64,000 nt of DNA from Planctomycetota bacterium (GTDB lineage Bacteria; Planctomycetota; Brocadiia; JAADGH01), in NCBI GenBank assembly GCA_040755855.1, contig JBFMAD010000001.1, positions 320,001 through 384,000 of the forward strand. Direction: 5' to 3'. A program made the position numbers and the translations under genes. The notes beneath the pieces were generated by a model. The model worked only from the letters and a program-made list of their open reading frames with translations. It had not been told where the DNA came from and searched no databases. Below are positions 36,648 through 46,803 of the stretch, piece after piece; the stretch's first letter is position 1, and each line of letters begins with the position of its first letter.

Positions 36648-37184
36648 ATGAAGACAACCAGCCCGTTGGGGCTTGTTCTCGTCTGCGCCCTCGCCGTCTC
36701 GGTTTGGGCAAAGGACGGCAAGAAGACAGTCCTGCAGTACGGCGACGGCGCTCCCGACGGCAAGAGGAGCCTCGGCGGGTCGGGCGAGATGATCCGTTTC
36801 GAGCTGCCGAAGAAGGGGCTGAAAGTCATCGGCGTGCGCATCCATGGCTCGCGGTACGGCATGCCCGATTCGCCGAACGAGAGCTTCCTGATCTTTTTTA
36901 TGACCGACGACCTGACCGAGATCGCTCATGCGGCGATGGCCCCCTATGCCCTCTTCAACCGGGGCGAGGAGCAGTGGGTCGAGGCCCTCTTCCGCGAATC
37001 GGTGGAAGTCCCCAAGGAGTTCTGGGTCGTTTTGGACTTCCGCGCCCACCGCACAAAGGGGGTCTATGTGAGCTATGATACAAGCACCGGCGGGAAGCAC
37101 TCCCGCATCGGCCTGCCGGGACTGCCCGACAAGGAAGTTGACTTTGGGGGCGACTGGATGATCGAAGTCATGCTCGCGCAGTGA
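36648..37184 (+). CDS. Secreted hypothetical protein
   Basis: Sec signal peptide, GGGAGG RBS, beta-rich composition. Confidence 0.7.
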   Translation: MKTTSPLGLVLVCALAVSVWAKDGKKTVLQYGDGAPDGKRSLGGSGEMIRFELPKKGLKVIGVRIHGSRYGMPDSPNESFLIFFMTDDLTEIAHAAMAPYALFNRGEEQWVEALFRESVEVPKEFWVVLDFRAHRTKGVYVSYDTSTGGKHSRIGLPGLPDKEVDFGGDWMIEVMLAQ

Positions 37185-37226
37185 CGCCCACGCGGTGTAC
37201 GTACGGCAGGCGAAGAAGGAGCATAC

Positions 37227-38429
37227 ATGAAGAACAGATTCTCGCGTCGCGATTTCCTGCGGACTGTGCCCGCCACGCTGATAGCCGCTTCCACCCTGAC
37301 CGCACAAGAGACCAAGCCCCGGCGCGTCCGAAAGGGCGAGATGGTCTATCGCCGCCTCGGGCGGACGGAGCTGATGGTCTCGGAGATCAGCCTCGGCGGC
37401 AGCCCCGTGCCGGACGAGATGATCTTCGGTCGCACCATCGAGCGCGGCGTCAACTATGTGGACACATCGGAGGCATACTCGAAAGGAAACTCCGAGCAAA
37501 CGGTCGGGAAGATGATGAAGGGGCGGCGCGACACGTTCCATGTGGCAACCAAGTGCCACCCGCAAAGACTGCGCCCGCCGACGCAGGAGGGCGTCATCGC
37601 CATGGCCGAGGCCAGTCTGAAGCGCCTCGATACCGATTACATTGACATCTACATGGTCCACGGCGCAAGCAAGCCGGAGCACCTGACCCACGAGGCGGTC
37701 CTCGCCGCCTTCGACAAACTGAAGAAGGACGGGAAGATCCGCTTCACCGGGGCGTCGCTGCACGGAACGCTGGCGGAGATGGGGAAGGTCCTGGTGGAGT
37801 GCGGGCACTACGACGTGATGAACATCCCCTACAATGTCTACAATACCGTCAATGTCAAGAAGGGGGAATCCTACGACGACTACTTGCACCGATCCGACAT
37901 CGAGGGCGTCCTCGCCCTTGCGAAGAAACACGACGTTGGCGTCGTCGCCATGAAATCTATGGCCGGGGGGAACTTCCAGAAGCTGGACAAGTACCTCACC
38001 GAAAACACCACCGTCCCGCAGGCGAAGCTCAAGTGGATCCTCGAGAACGACGCTGTCGGCACGATCGTCTCCGAACTGCTCAACGCCGACATCCTGAAGG
38101 AAAACCTGGCCGTCGTCGGCGCTGGCCTGACCCGCCGCGAGCGCGAGGCGCTCTACCGCTATGCGGAGGCGACGTCGCCTATCCATTGCCGGATGTGCGG
38201 AACGTGCCAAGCGGTCTGCCCCAACGGCGTCGCCGCGACGGACATCCAGCGATACCTCGCCTACCACGATGGCTACGGCAAGAGCATCCTTGCCCGCCGA
38301 TCCTATGCCGCGCTTCCACGGAGCGCGAAGGCCTCGCAGTGTCGCGGCTGCGGCACATGCGAACGCAGCTGCCCCTACGGCGTCGCTATCCGACGCCGCC
38401 TCCGCCGCGCGGAACGGGTCCTTGCGTGA
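37227..38429 (+). CDS. Tat-exported aldo/keto reductase with C-terminal 4Fe-4S domain
   Basis: SRRDFL, YRRLGRT, DTSEAY, SLKRLDTDYID, CRMCGTCQAVCP and CRGCGTCERSCP motifs. Confidence 0.92.
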   Translation: MKNRFSRRDFLRTVPATLIAASTLTAQETKPRRVRKGEMVYRRLGRTELMVSEISLGGSPVPDEMIFGRTIERGVNYVDTSEAYSKGNSEQTVGKMMKGRRDTFHVATKCHPQRLRPPTQEGVIAMAEASLKRLDTDYIDIYMVHGASKPEHLTHEAVLAAFDKLKKDGKIRFTGASLHGTLAEMGKVLVECGHYDVMNIPYNVYNTVNVKKGESYDDYLHRSDIEGVLALAKKHDVGVVAMKSMAGGNFQKLDKYLTENTTVPQAKLKWILENDAVGTIVSELLNADILKENLAVVGAGLTRREREALYRYAEATSPIHCRMCGTCQAVCPNGVAATDIQRYLAYHDGYGKSILARRSYAALPRSAKASQCRGCGTCERSCPYGVAIRRRLRRAERVLA

Positions 38430-38483
38430 CCAACCCATAGGCGACTAACCCAGTCCGCCCCGCGGGTTCCGGTGTTCTCTCCC

Positions 38484-38512
38484 TTGACTGTGGTGCGTCC
38501 ATAGCATAGAAT
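38484..38512 (+). promoter_or_regulatory. Putative sigma70 promoter
   Basis: TTGACT-17nt-TAGAAT. Confidence 0.6.
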
Positions 38513-38553
38513 TTTTCCACCGTGACACAGGAGTCCTTTTGGGAGAATTGCCG

Positions 38554-39372
38554 ATGGCCATGAAACTTACTGCGCAGGCGGACAGTTACCGGACCGAGGA
38601 GCATGACTTCGCCTATGCCGTGGCGAAGACCAAGGAGCTGGGGTTCAAATACATCGAGCCGGAGGTGATGACGGGGCGCTGCCTGCTCAACATCCACGGC
38701 TACTGCAACATCACCAGCCTCGAAGACGACCCGATGGACATGCGCAAGATGATCGAGAAGGCGGGCCTGAAGGTCGCCTGTCTCAGCGCCCACACGAACC
38801 TGATCAACACGGAGTACGGCGTGGACTACCTGCGCAAGGCCTTTCGCTTTGCCTACATCCTCGGCGCGCCGATCGTCAACACCGCCGAGGGCGTCAAGCC
38901 GCCGGACATGCCCGACAAGGTGGCCTTCAACATCATCCAATACAATCTTGAAACGCTGTTGAAGACCGCCGAGAACTACAACATCAAGCTCTCCGTCGAG
39001 CCGCACGGCATCTACACCACCAAGGCCGAGGGGCTGCTCAAGATCATGAGCCTGGCCGACTCGCCGTATCTCGGCATCAACTTCGACACCGGCAACACCA
39101 CCGTCGCCGGCAGCGACGCGGTGAAGACGCTGAAGGCCGTGCTGAAACACGTCATTCACGTTCATGTGAAGGACATCAAGCGGGCCGAGGTGGACGCCAG
39201 CCACGAGACAGGCGTCACCGCCGGGTGCGCCATCGGCGACGGGGAGGTGGATATCGAGGGGTGCATCAAGCTGCTGAAAGGACGCAAGTACGACGGCGCC
39301 CTCGCCATCGAATGTCACAGCAGCCAGGCGCTCAAGAAGAGCAAGGCGTTCCTCGATCCGCTGATCTCCTAA
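38554..39372 (+). CDS. Sugar phosphate isomerase/epimerase (xylose-isomerase-like TIM barrel)
   Basis: VEPH, FDTGN, HVHVKD, IGDGEVD and LAIE metal motifs. Confidence 0.88.
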   Translation: MAMKLTAQADSYRTEEHDFAYAVAKTKELGFKYIEPEVMTGRCLLNIHGYCNITSLEDDPMDMRKMIEKAGLKVACLSAHTNLINTEYGVDYLRKAFRFAYILGAPIVNTAEGVKPPDMPDKVAFNIIQYNLETLLKTAENYNIKLSVEPHGIYTTKAEGLLKIMSLADSPYLGINFDTGNTTVAGSDAVKTLKAVLKHVIHVHVKDIKRAEVDASHETGVTAGCAIGDGEVDIEGCIKLLKGRKYDGALAIECHSSQALKKSKAFLDPLIS

Positions 39373-39406
39373 ACGAACTCAAACCACCTAACGGAGGGTG
39401 CATACG

Positions 39407-42400
39407 ATGAAGCTCAAACCCATCGTCGCGCTGGTCATTGTGCTTTTCGGTCTTGGCGTAGTTTCCTCTCTCCATGCCCGCGAGGAAGTCTCGCTCAACG
39501 GCGCTTGGCAGGTTCAATACTCCGCCGACGCCGACAAACCGCCGACGGGGGAATGGACGGACGTGGACGTCCCCTCCATGCTGACCATGCGCAAGGACAC
39601 GCCGCACGTCTGGTATCGGCGGACGTTCTCCGTCCCCGACTCCATGCGCGGCAAGCATCTCCTCCTCCAGTTCACCGGCGTGAAATTCGTGTCGAAAGTC
39701 TGGGTCAACGGCACGGACGTCGGCGGGCACTACGGCGGATGGGAGCCCTTCGCGCTCGACGTAACCGAGGCGTGCAAGCCCGGCGAAAACGAGCTTCTGG
39801 TGCGGGCCGGCGACGTGCGCAGCGTCATTGACGAGACGCTGGACATCGAGAAACTGGAGAAGGGAGACCAACTCGTCGAGCTGGCGAAGGATTCGATCAT
39901 GGCCCCCATCGGGTCGCGCACGGGCGACGTCGGCATCTGGCAGGACGTCGCGCTCGTCGCCCAAAACGACGTCTTCGTGGACGACGTCTTCATCAAGACC
40001 TCCGTCCGCAAGAAGCAGATTGACGTGGATGTCACCCTACGCAATCTCGGCAAGACCGACCGGCCCGTCCGCCTGAAGGCCCATGTTTTGGACGGAGACG
40101 CTGCGGCCCTGACCTTCGACGAGCAGGACGTGACCGTCCCCGCGGGCGGGACGAAGACGGTGGCGATCTCGAAGCCGTGGGAATCGCCCAAGCTCTGGTC
40201 GCACCTCTCGCCGCACCTCTACCACCTCGTCACCGCCGTGGAGAGCGATGGGAACGAACTGGACTCGCTGAAGACGCGCTTCGGCTTCCGCGAGTTCTGG
40301 ATTGACGGCATCTACTTTGTCCTGAACGGGACGCGGATCAAGTTCCTCGCCACGGCCGGGCATCCGCCGACGACGTCCGATATCGAGACGGCCAAGCGCT
40401 ACTACGCGGGCATGCGCGGGGCCAACGTCATGGCCGTCCGCCTCCATGCCAACCTCTGGCCGACGTGGTGGTTCGACGCCGCCGACGAGGTCGGCATGTT
40501 GGTCGTGCAGGAGTCGGCGCTGTGGTGCTTCTCCAGGAATTACGCCCTGTCGAAACCCGCCTTCTGGGAAAATTATCGCAACCACCTGCGCGGGATGTTC
40601 GGCCGCGACAAGAACCATCCCTGCATCATGTTCTACAGCCTGGAAAACGAAATCCTCCACTGCGGCGGCGACTATATCGCCGAGACGGAGCAGAACCTCG
40701 CCGACGTGGGCCTCTTCATGAAACAACTTGATCCGACCCGGCCGATCATGTACGACGCCGACGGCGACCCGAAGGGCGCGGCCGATGTGGTGAACCTGCA
40801 CTACACCCACGAGTTCCCCGAATACAACATGTTCCCCGACACCTGCTACTGGGTTGACGACGTCCACCCCGTCCCCAAGTGGCTCGGCAAGGAGTGGAAG
40901 TGGGACCGGAAGAAGCCCCTCTACATGGGCGAGTTCATGTGGTCGCCGGCGGAGGTGCCCGGGCCGTACGCCCTCTTCCTCGGCGACGACGCCTACCCCG
41001 ACTTCCGCCTCGGCCGCACCCGCGCCAAGGCCATGGCATGGCGATTCCAGGTCGAGGCGTTCCGACAGGAAGAGCTGGCGGGCATGTGTCCGTGGACGCT
41101 CTGGGAGAGTCGCGGCTTCCCCGAGGATGACGGGATCATGTACCCCACCATCCGCCGCGTCTATGAGCCGAACGCCGCCTTCGTCCGGGAGTATGATTGC
41201 CGATTTTTCGGCGGCGAGTCCGTCAAACGCACGGTCTATCTCTACAACGATACATTCGCAAATGCGAATTTGACCCTGAAGTGGGAACTCAAGAAGGACG
41301 GCCAGGCGGTGGATTCCGGCGAGCATACCTTCGCCGCTGCGCCCGCGCAGAAGATTGATACCGAGGTCACGCTGAAGATGCCGGAAGTGGCCGAACGCAC
41401 GCCGCTCGAGTTTGTCGTCAAGGTGAAAAACGGCGACCGTCTCGCCTTCGAGGACACACATGCCTATTGGGCCTTCCCCCGCCGCAAGCCGCAGATCACG
41501 GGCAAGGGGCGGATCGCCATCCTCGGCGGCGCAGGGGTGGAAGAGTCGGTCCTCGATGAGGCGGGGGTCGCCTACACCAAGATCGCGGACCTGTCCCAGC
41601 CCATCGAGGCCGACCTGCTTATCATCGGCGCGAGCGCCCTCGACCGCATGAAGACCGAGACCGACATGCCGACCGTCGGCGACGACGCCACGGCCATGCA
41701 CCGTCTGGCCGACTTCACGGCCAAGGGCGGCGCGGTCCTCGTGTTGGAGCAGACGGCCTACCCGCCCGGCCTCCTTCCGGCCAGCCTGGCGAAGAAGGGC
41801 TGCACCATCGCCTTTCAGCAGGCATTCCACCATCCGGCGCTCAAGCGCGTGCAGGATGGCGATTTCAAGTTCTGGCGCGGCGACCACGCCGTCGCCCGGG
41901 ACGCGGTGCTCAAACCCCGCATCGGCAGCTTCGTCTCCCTCTGCGACGCAAGCGCCGAGGGGGGCATGGTGTACTGCCCACTCATCGAAATCCGCAACGG
42001 CCGTGGACGCTATTTCCTGTCGCAGCTCCTCATCGCCGAGAAGATGAAGACTGAACCCATGGCCCAGATTCTCTTCGAAGACCTCGTAAACACCGCCCTG
42101 ACCTCCCCCCCGCCGGAACGGAAGATCGCCGTTGTCCAGGAGACGATGAAGTTGACCGACGACCTGACGACCGTCGGCGCGTCATTCGTTGACCTCTCCG
42201 GCAAGCTGGCGGACGCCGACCTGTCGCCCTTCCCCGCCTTGCTCGTCGAGGCCGAGGCAAAGGAGGTTACGAGCAACGTCGCCCGCCTCCGCGACTACGC
42301 CGAGAAGGGCGGGACGATCCTCCTGCACGGCGCGACGCCCGACGGTCTGGCCCGGCTGAAGGGGCTGCTTCCCGAAGCAATCCAACTCCGCCCCTCGGCG

Positions 42401-43498
42401 GCATTGCCCGTTGTCATTGACCAACGCGCCCCGTGGATTGACGGCATGTCCAATGAGGACATCTACTGGCTTGGAAAGCCGACAGGCATCCGCTACCAGC
42501 CCATTCCCTGCACGCAGAAGATATATGATTTCATCGTGACGCCCGGCCTGCCGGATGATGCGCAGTGCAAGACCATCGAAGCGGAGACGATGGAACTCGG
42601 CGAGGGCGAGCCACAGCGGACGGAGGAGGGCGACGTCGGCCTGTTCCGCAACGGTGACATCGTCACCGAGATCGAGTTCCCCGAGACCGCCGAGTACGCC
42701 TTCGCCATCCGCGCGCGGGGGACGCCCGTGGAGAACGTCTATCCCGCGATGGCCCTGCACATTGACAACAAGGTGGCCGCCTCGGTCGCACTGTCCGGGC
42801 CGGATTGGCAGACGGTTCTTGCGTCGGTCAAGGTGGAGGGCGGGCGACATCGCGTGGCGCTGGTCTTCACCAACGACGGATGGGACCCGGCCAAGGGCGA
42901 GGATCGCAATCTCTGGATCGACAAGCTCATGTGGGGGCGAAGCCCGGAAATCCCTGGGGAGCGGATCCTCCGTCCGGCGGCGCTGACCCACACGCCCATC
43001 GGCAAGGGCGGCTGCCTCATTGACCAGGTCAACTGGCACGGCCGCACACCTTCGCTCGACAAGGCCGCGCGCTATCTCATCAACCTGCTGACGAACCTCG
43101 GCATCGCGTTCGAGCGCCGCCCGGCCGGTCTCGCCATCGCCGGGGGAGACATGCAGCGCGGCGACGACAGTGCCGTCAACCGGATCAGCGGCAAGATCGC
43201 CTATCTCGGCGGGAACGGATCGGTATTCGCAAATGTGAAATTTGTGAAGGCAAGGAACTACGTCTTCGAGGTCGAGGTCCAGGGCACGGAGGCGGAGGGC
43301 GAGTTCCCCATCGTGCGCCTCCTCCTCGACGACCGCAAGGTCGGCGAGCAGCAGATTCAGCGCGCCGGCTGGTCCATCCTGCGCTACGAGGCGGAGGTCC
43401 CTGCGGGGGAGCACAAGGTCACGCTCGAATTCACGAACGACCTATGGCGACCTCCCGAGGACCGGAACCTCCAGATCGGGCAGTTGGTGATTCGTTGA
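39407..43498 (+). CDS. Secreted glycoside hydrolase family 2 with two C-terminal carbohydrate-binding modules
   Basis: Signal peptide; SLNGAW, GIWQDV, RFGFREF, RDKNHPCI..YSLENE, YMGEF; two FTND...EDRNL.I modules. Confidence 0.85.
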   Translation: MKLKPIVALVIVLFGLGVVSSLHAREEVSLNGAWQVQYSADADKPPTGEWTDVDVPSMLTMRKDTPHVWYRRTFSVPDSMRGKHLLLQFTGVKFVSKVWVNGTDVGGHYGGWEPFALDVTEACKPGENELLVRAGDVRSVIDETLDIEKLEKGDQLVELAKDSIMAPIGSRTGDVGIWQDVALVAQNDVFVDDVFIKTSVRKKQIDVDVTLRNLGKTDRPVRLKAHVLDGDAAALTFDEQDVTVPAGGTKTVAISKPWESPKLWSHLSPHLYHLVTAVESDGNELDSLKTRFGFREFWIDGIYFVLNGTRIKFLATAGHPPTTSDIETAKRYYAGMRGANVMAVRLHANLWPTWWFDAADEVGMLVVQESALWCFSRNYALSKPAFWENYRNHLRGMFGRDKNHPCIMFYSLENEILHCGGDYIAETEQNLADVGLFMKQLDPTRPIMYDADGDPKGAADVVNLHYTHEFPEYNMFPDTCYWVDDVHPVPKWLGKEWKWDRKKPLYMGEFMWSPAEVPGPYALFLGDDAYPDFRLGRTRAKAMAWRFQVEAFRQEELAGMCPWTLWESRGFPEDDGIMYPTIRRVYEPNAAFVREYDCRFFGGESVKRTVYLYNDTFANANLTLKWELKKDGQAVDSGEHTFAAAPAQKIDTEVTLKMPEVAERTPLEFVVKVKNGDRLAFEDTHAYWAFPRRKPQITGKGRIAILGGAGVEESVLDEAGVAYTKIADLSQPIEADLLIIGASALDRMKTETDMPTVGDDATAMHRLADFTAKGGAVLVLEQTAYPPGLLPASLAKKGCTIAFQQAFHHPALKRVQDGDFKFWRGDHAVARDAVLKPRIGSFVSLCDASAEGGMVYCPLIEIRNGRGRYFLSQLLIAEKMKTEPMAQILFEDLVNTALTSPPPERKIAVVQETMKLTDDLTTVGASFVDLSGKLADADLSPFPALLVEAEAKEVTSNVARLRDYAEKGGTILLHGATPDGLARLKGLLPEAIQLRPSAALPVVIDQRAPWIDGMSNEDIYWLGKPTGIRYQPIPCTQKIYDFIVTPGLPDDAQCKTIEAETMELGEGEPQRTEEGDVGLFRNGDIVTEIEFPETAEYAFAIRARGTPVENVYPAMALHIDNKVAASVALSGPDWQTVLASVKVEGGRHRVALVFTNDGWDPAKGEDRNLWIDKLMWGRSPEIPGERILRPAALTHTPIGKGGCLIDQVNWHGRTPSLDKAARYLINLLTNLGIAFERRPAGLAIAGGDMQRGDDSAVNRISGKIAYLGGNGSVFANVKFVKARNYVFEVEVQGTEAEGEFPIVRLLLDDRKVGEQQIQRAGWSILRYEAEVPAGEHKVTLEFTNDLWRPPEDRNLQIGQLVIR

Positions 43499-43534
43499 GC
43501 ACAACACCGCGTGTGTGGGATTAAGGAGAGAAGT

Positions 43535-45184
43535 GTGGTCAAACAACAGTCGATCGGACAATACCTGCTGAACCAGCTCCACCAACGCGGCGTGCGCCAC
43601 ATCTTCGGCATCCCGGGCGACTACGTCCTCGGCTTCTACGAGATGATCGGCAAGAGCCGCATCAAGCACATCGGCACGACGCGCGAGGACTCGGCGGGCC
43701 TGGCTGCCGACGCCTACGCGCGCGTGAACGGCATCGGAGCGGTCTGCGTCACCTATTGCGTGGGCGGGTTGAACATCACCAATCCCATCGCGGGGGCCTA
43801 CGCGGAGAAGTCCGCCGTCGTCGTCATCAGCGGCGCGCCCGGCCTCAAGGAGCGCGAGCGCAACCCCCTCCTCCACCACCGGGTGCGCGACTTCGCCACG
43901 CAGAAGGAAATTTTTGAGAAGATCACCGTAGCCAGCGCGGCCCTGGACGATCCGTTGACCGCGTTTCACGAAGTGGACCGGGTGCTGCACGCCTTGGAAC
44001 GATACCGGCGTCCCGTTTACTTTGAGATCCCCCGCGACATGGTTCATGCCGCCCGCCCCCATGTGCCCCGGCGCGAGCCACCTATCCCCGTGGCCGACCC
44101 GGAGACCCTTCAAGAGGCCATCGCCGAAGCAACGAGAATGATCAATGCCAGCAAGCGCCCCGTCATCATCGCAGGCGTGGAGGTGCACCGCTTCGGCCTG
44201 CAAGACTCGCTCGTGAAGCTCATCCAGAAGACCAACATCCCCGTCGCGGCCACGCTGCTGGGCAAGTCGGTCATCAGCGAGGCCCATCCGATGTACATCG
44301 GCATCTACGAGGGCGCCATGGGCCGCAAGGAAGTGACGGACTACGTCGAGTCGAGCGACTGCGTGATCCTGCTCGGCGCGTTTATGACCGACATCAACCT
44401 CGGCATCTACACGGCCAATCTCGATCAGGGCGCGTCCGTTTACGCCACGTCCGAGAAAGTCACGATCCGCAGGCACTCCTACGAGGACATTCGCTTTCGA
44501 GACTTTTTTGCCGCCCTCCTCAAAGCCAAATTCAAACACCGAAAGAGTCCGAAGCTGCCGGAGATGCACAATATCGGCGCCGAACCCGAACCGCCGCCCG
44601 ACTCGAAAATGACCGTCAAGAACCTTTTCCGGGAACTGGACGGATTCATCACAAAGGACATGGTCGTCGTCTCCGACATCGGCGACTGCCTCTTCGGCGC
44701 GGTGGACATGAAGATTCGCGAGCGGACGGAGTTCATCAGCCCGGCCTACTACACATCCATGGGTTTCGGCGTGCCCGCCGCCATCGGGGCGCAGTTGGCC
44801 AATCCGAAGCTCCGCCCCCTCGTAGTCGTGGGCGACGGGGCCTTCCAGATGACCGGCCTGGAGCTCTCCACCGCCGTGCGGCTGAAGCAGAACCCCATCG
44901 TCGTTGTCCTGAACAATGAGGGATACAGCACGGAACGCCACATTGCCGACGGCCCCTTCAACGACATCGGCATGTGGGCCTACAGCAAGGTTCCCGAATT
45001 GCTCGATGCGGGGAAGGGGTTCGAGGTCAAGACGCAGGCCGATCTCGTGCGGGCCTTGCGCACAGCCCGAGACAACGACAAGACGTTCAGCATCATCAAC
45101 GTGCACCTGGACAAGTACGACAAGTCCCCCGCCCTCGCACGGCTTGCCGAGCGCCTGGCGGCAAGGGTGAAGGGAAAGGAATAG
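43535..45184 (+). CDS. ThDP-dependent alpha-keto acid decarboxylase (indolepyruvate/pyruvate decarboxylase family)
   Basis: FGIPGDY, ADAYAR, TYCVGGL, LLHH and GDGAFQMT...LNNEGYSTE motifs; AAGGAG before GTG. Confidence 0.9.
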   Translation: MVKQQSIGQYLLNQLHQRGVRHIFGIPGDYVLGFYEMIGKSRIKHIGTTREDSAGLAADAYARVNGIGAVCVTYCVGGLNITNPIAGAYAEKSAVVVISGAPGLKERERNPLLHHRVRDFATQKEIFEKITVASAALDDPLTAFHEVDRVLHALERYRRPVYFEIPRDMVHAARPHVPRREPPIPVADPETLQEAIAEATRMINASKRPVIIAGVEVHRFGLQDSLVKLIQKTNIPVAATLLGKSVISEAHPMYIGIYEGAMGRKEVTDYVESSDCVILLGAFMTDINLGIYTANLDQGASVYATSEKVTIRRHSYEDIRFRDFFAALLKAKFKHRKSPKLPEMHNIGAEPEPPPDSKMTVKNLFRELDGFITKDMVVVSDIGDCLFGAVDMKIRERTEFISPAYYTSMGFGVPAAIGAQLANPKLRPLVVVGDGAFQMTGLELSTAVRLKQNPIVVVLNNEGYSTERHIADGPFNDIGMWAYSKVPELLDAGKGFEVKTQADLVRALRTARDNDKTFSIINVHLDKYDKSPALARLAERLAARVKGKE

Positions 45185-45205
45185 AGGCGCGGAGTTCTGC
45201 GGACA

Positions 45206-45240
45206 TAACCTCCCGGAGGTTCTGAACCTCCGGGAGGTTA
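45206..45240. repeat. REP-like palindrome, family 1, copy C
   Basis: TAACCTCCCGGAGGTTC-T-GAACCTCCGGGAGGTTA, perfect 17-bp arms. Confidence 0.88.
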
Positions 45241-45258
45241 GAAGTTTGGAGACTCGGC

Positions 45259-46803
45259 ATGGGTCTGTTGCTCGGCATTGACATCGGCACATCAAGCATC
45301 AAGGCCGTCCTCTACAACTCCGAGACGGGGAAGACCGTCGGCGAGGCCAGCCGGGAATATGCCCTGCGTTTTCCCATGCTCAATGGCGCGGAGCAGGATG
45401 CCGACGACTGGTGGCTGGCGGCGTGCGAGGCCGTACGGGAGGTGATCGGGACAACGCAGACCTACACGCGCCTGATCGAGGCCGTCGGCGTCGGCGGGCA
45501 GGGATGGTCGTGCCTGCCCGTGGACGCGGCCGGCAAGCCATTGCGCCCCGCCATGCTCTGGCTCGACCGGCGGGCGGAGGAGGAGTGCCGATGGTTAGAA
45601 AAAGAGTTCGACCGCGACCGCCTCTTCGAAATCACCGGCAACCGCATTGATCCCGCCTACATCACGCCAAAAATGCTGTGGCTGGAGAAGCACGAGCCGG
45701 ACCTCTACAAGCGTGCCCGGCGCTGGCTGACCTCCGAGGGCTACCTCGTCTCCCTCCTGACGGGCAAACACACACTCAGCCTATCGAGCGGCTACGGCTA
45801 CTACTTTTTCGACATGGCAAAGGGGCAATACGTGGAGGACCTGGCCGAGCGGATGTCTATGGATCTCGAAACCATGCCCCCCATCCGCCGCGCCTTCGAG
45901 GTTGCGGGGGAGGTGACCTCGGTCGCCGCCCGATCCACGGGCCTGCACGCCGGCACACCGGTCGTTGTCGGGGGACTCGACGCCGCCTGCGCGGCCCTCG
46001 GCGCGGGGGTGGTGGACTACGGCCAGACGCAGGACCAGGGCGGGACGGCGGCGGGGATGTCCATCTACATGGACCGCCCCCTCGCGCACCGCGACCTGAT
46101 CCTCGGCTGGCATGTCGCCCCGAACTCGTGGCTCCTGCAAGGGGGGACCGTCGGCGGAGGGTCAAGCCTGAAATGGTTCCGCGACACGTTCGGAATCTCC
46201 GCCCCTGTCGGCGGCCCCGATGGACCCGACGCCTATGAGCTCCTGTCGCGGGAGGCGGCGGAAGCCGAGCCGGGGGCGGGCGGTGTGATCTTCCTACCCT
46301 ACCTTGCAGGGGAGCGTTCGCCCATCTGGGACACCGAGGCGCGCGGGGCATTCTTCGGCCTCACCTTCGCAACGAAACGGCCCCATCTCGTCCGTGCCGT
46401 CATGGAGGGCGCGGCCTTTGCGCTGCAGCACAATCTCGAAACGGCGCGAAAGGCGGGGGCGAGGGTGGATCTTCTGCTCGCCGTGGGCGGGGCGGCCCGG
46501 AGCGACGTATGGTGCCAGATCAAGGCCGATGTATCCGGCCTGCCGATTCGTGTGCCAGTGGTTTCCGACGGCACGGCCCTCGGCGCAGCGATCCTGGCGG
46601 GGGTGGGCGCGGGGGTATTTCAGGATGTCCGGCACGGCGTGCGGCAGATGGTCCACGTGGATCGGTCCTTTGATCCACGGTCGGAGAACCATGAACGGTA
46701 TCAGGAACTCTTCGATATCTACCGGGGCCTTTACGATCGCCTCAAGGACAGCATGCACGCCGTCGGTCGCTTTGTCCGAAAGGAGCAGACATCCAGCCGA
46801 TGA
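45259..46803 (+). CDS. FGGY-family carbohydrate kinase (xylulokinase-like)
   Basis: GIDIGTSSIK, LWLDRR, PYLAGERSP and GGAARSDVWCQIKAD motifs. Confidence 0.92.
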   Translation: MGLLLGIDIGTSSIKAVLYNSETGKTVGEASREYALRFPMLNGAEQDADDWWLAACEAVREVIGTTQTYTRLIEAVGVGGQGWSCLPVDAAGKPLRPAMLWLDRRAEEECRWLEKEFDRDRLFEITGNRIDPAYITPKMLWLEKHEPDLYKRARRWLTSEGYLVSLLTGKHTLSLSSGYGYYFFDMAKGQYVEDLAERMSMDLETMPPIRRAFEVAGEVTSVAARSTGLHAGTPVVVGGLDAACAALGAGVVDYGQTQDQGGTAAGMSIYMDRPLAHRDLILGWHVAPNSWLLQGGTVGGGSSLKWFRDTFGISAPVGGPDGPDAYELLSREAAEAEPGAGGVIFLPYLAGERSPIWDTEARGAFFGLTFATKRPHLVRAVMEGAAFALQHNLETARKAGARVDLLLAVGGAARSDVWCQIKADVSGLPIRVPVVSDGTALGAAILAGVGAGVFQDVRHGVRQMVHVDRSFDPRSENHERYQELFDIYRGLYDRLKDSMHAVGRFVRKEQTSSR

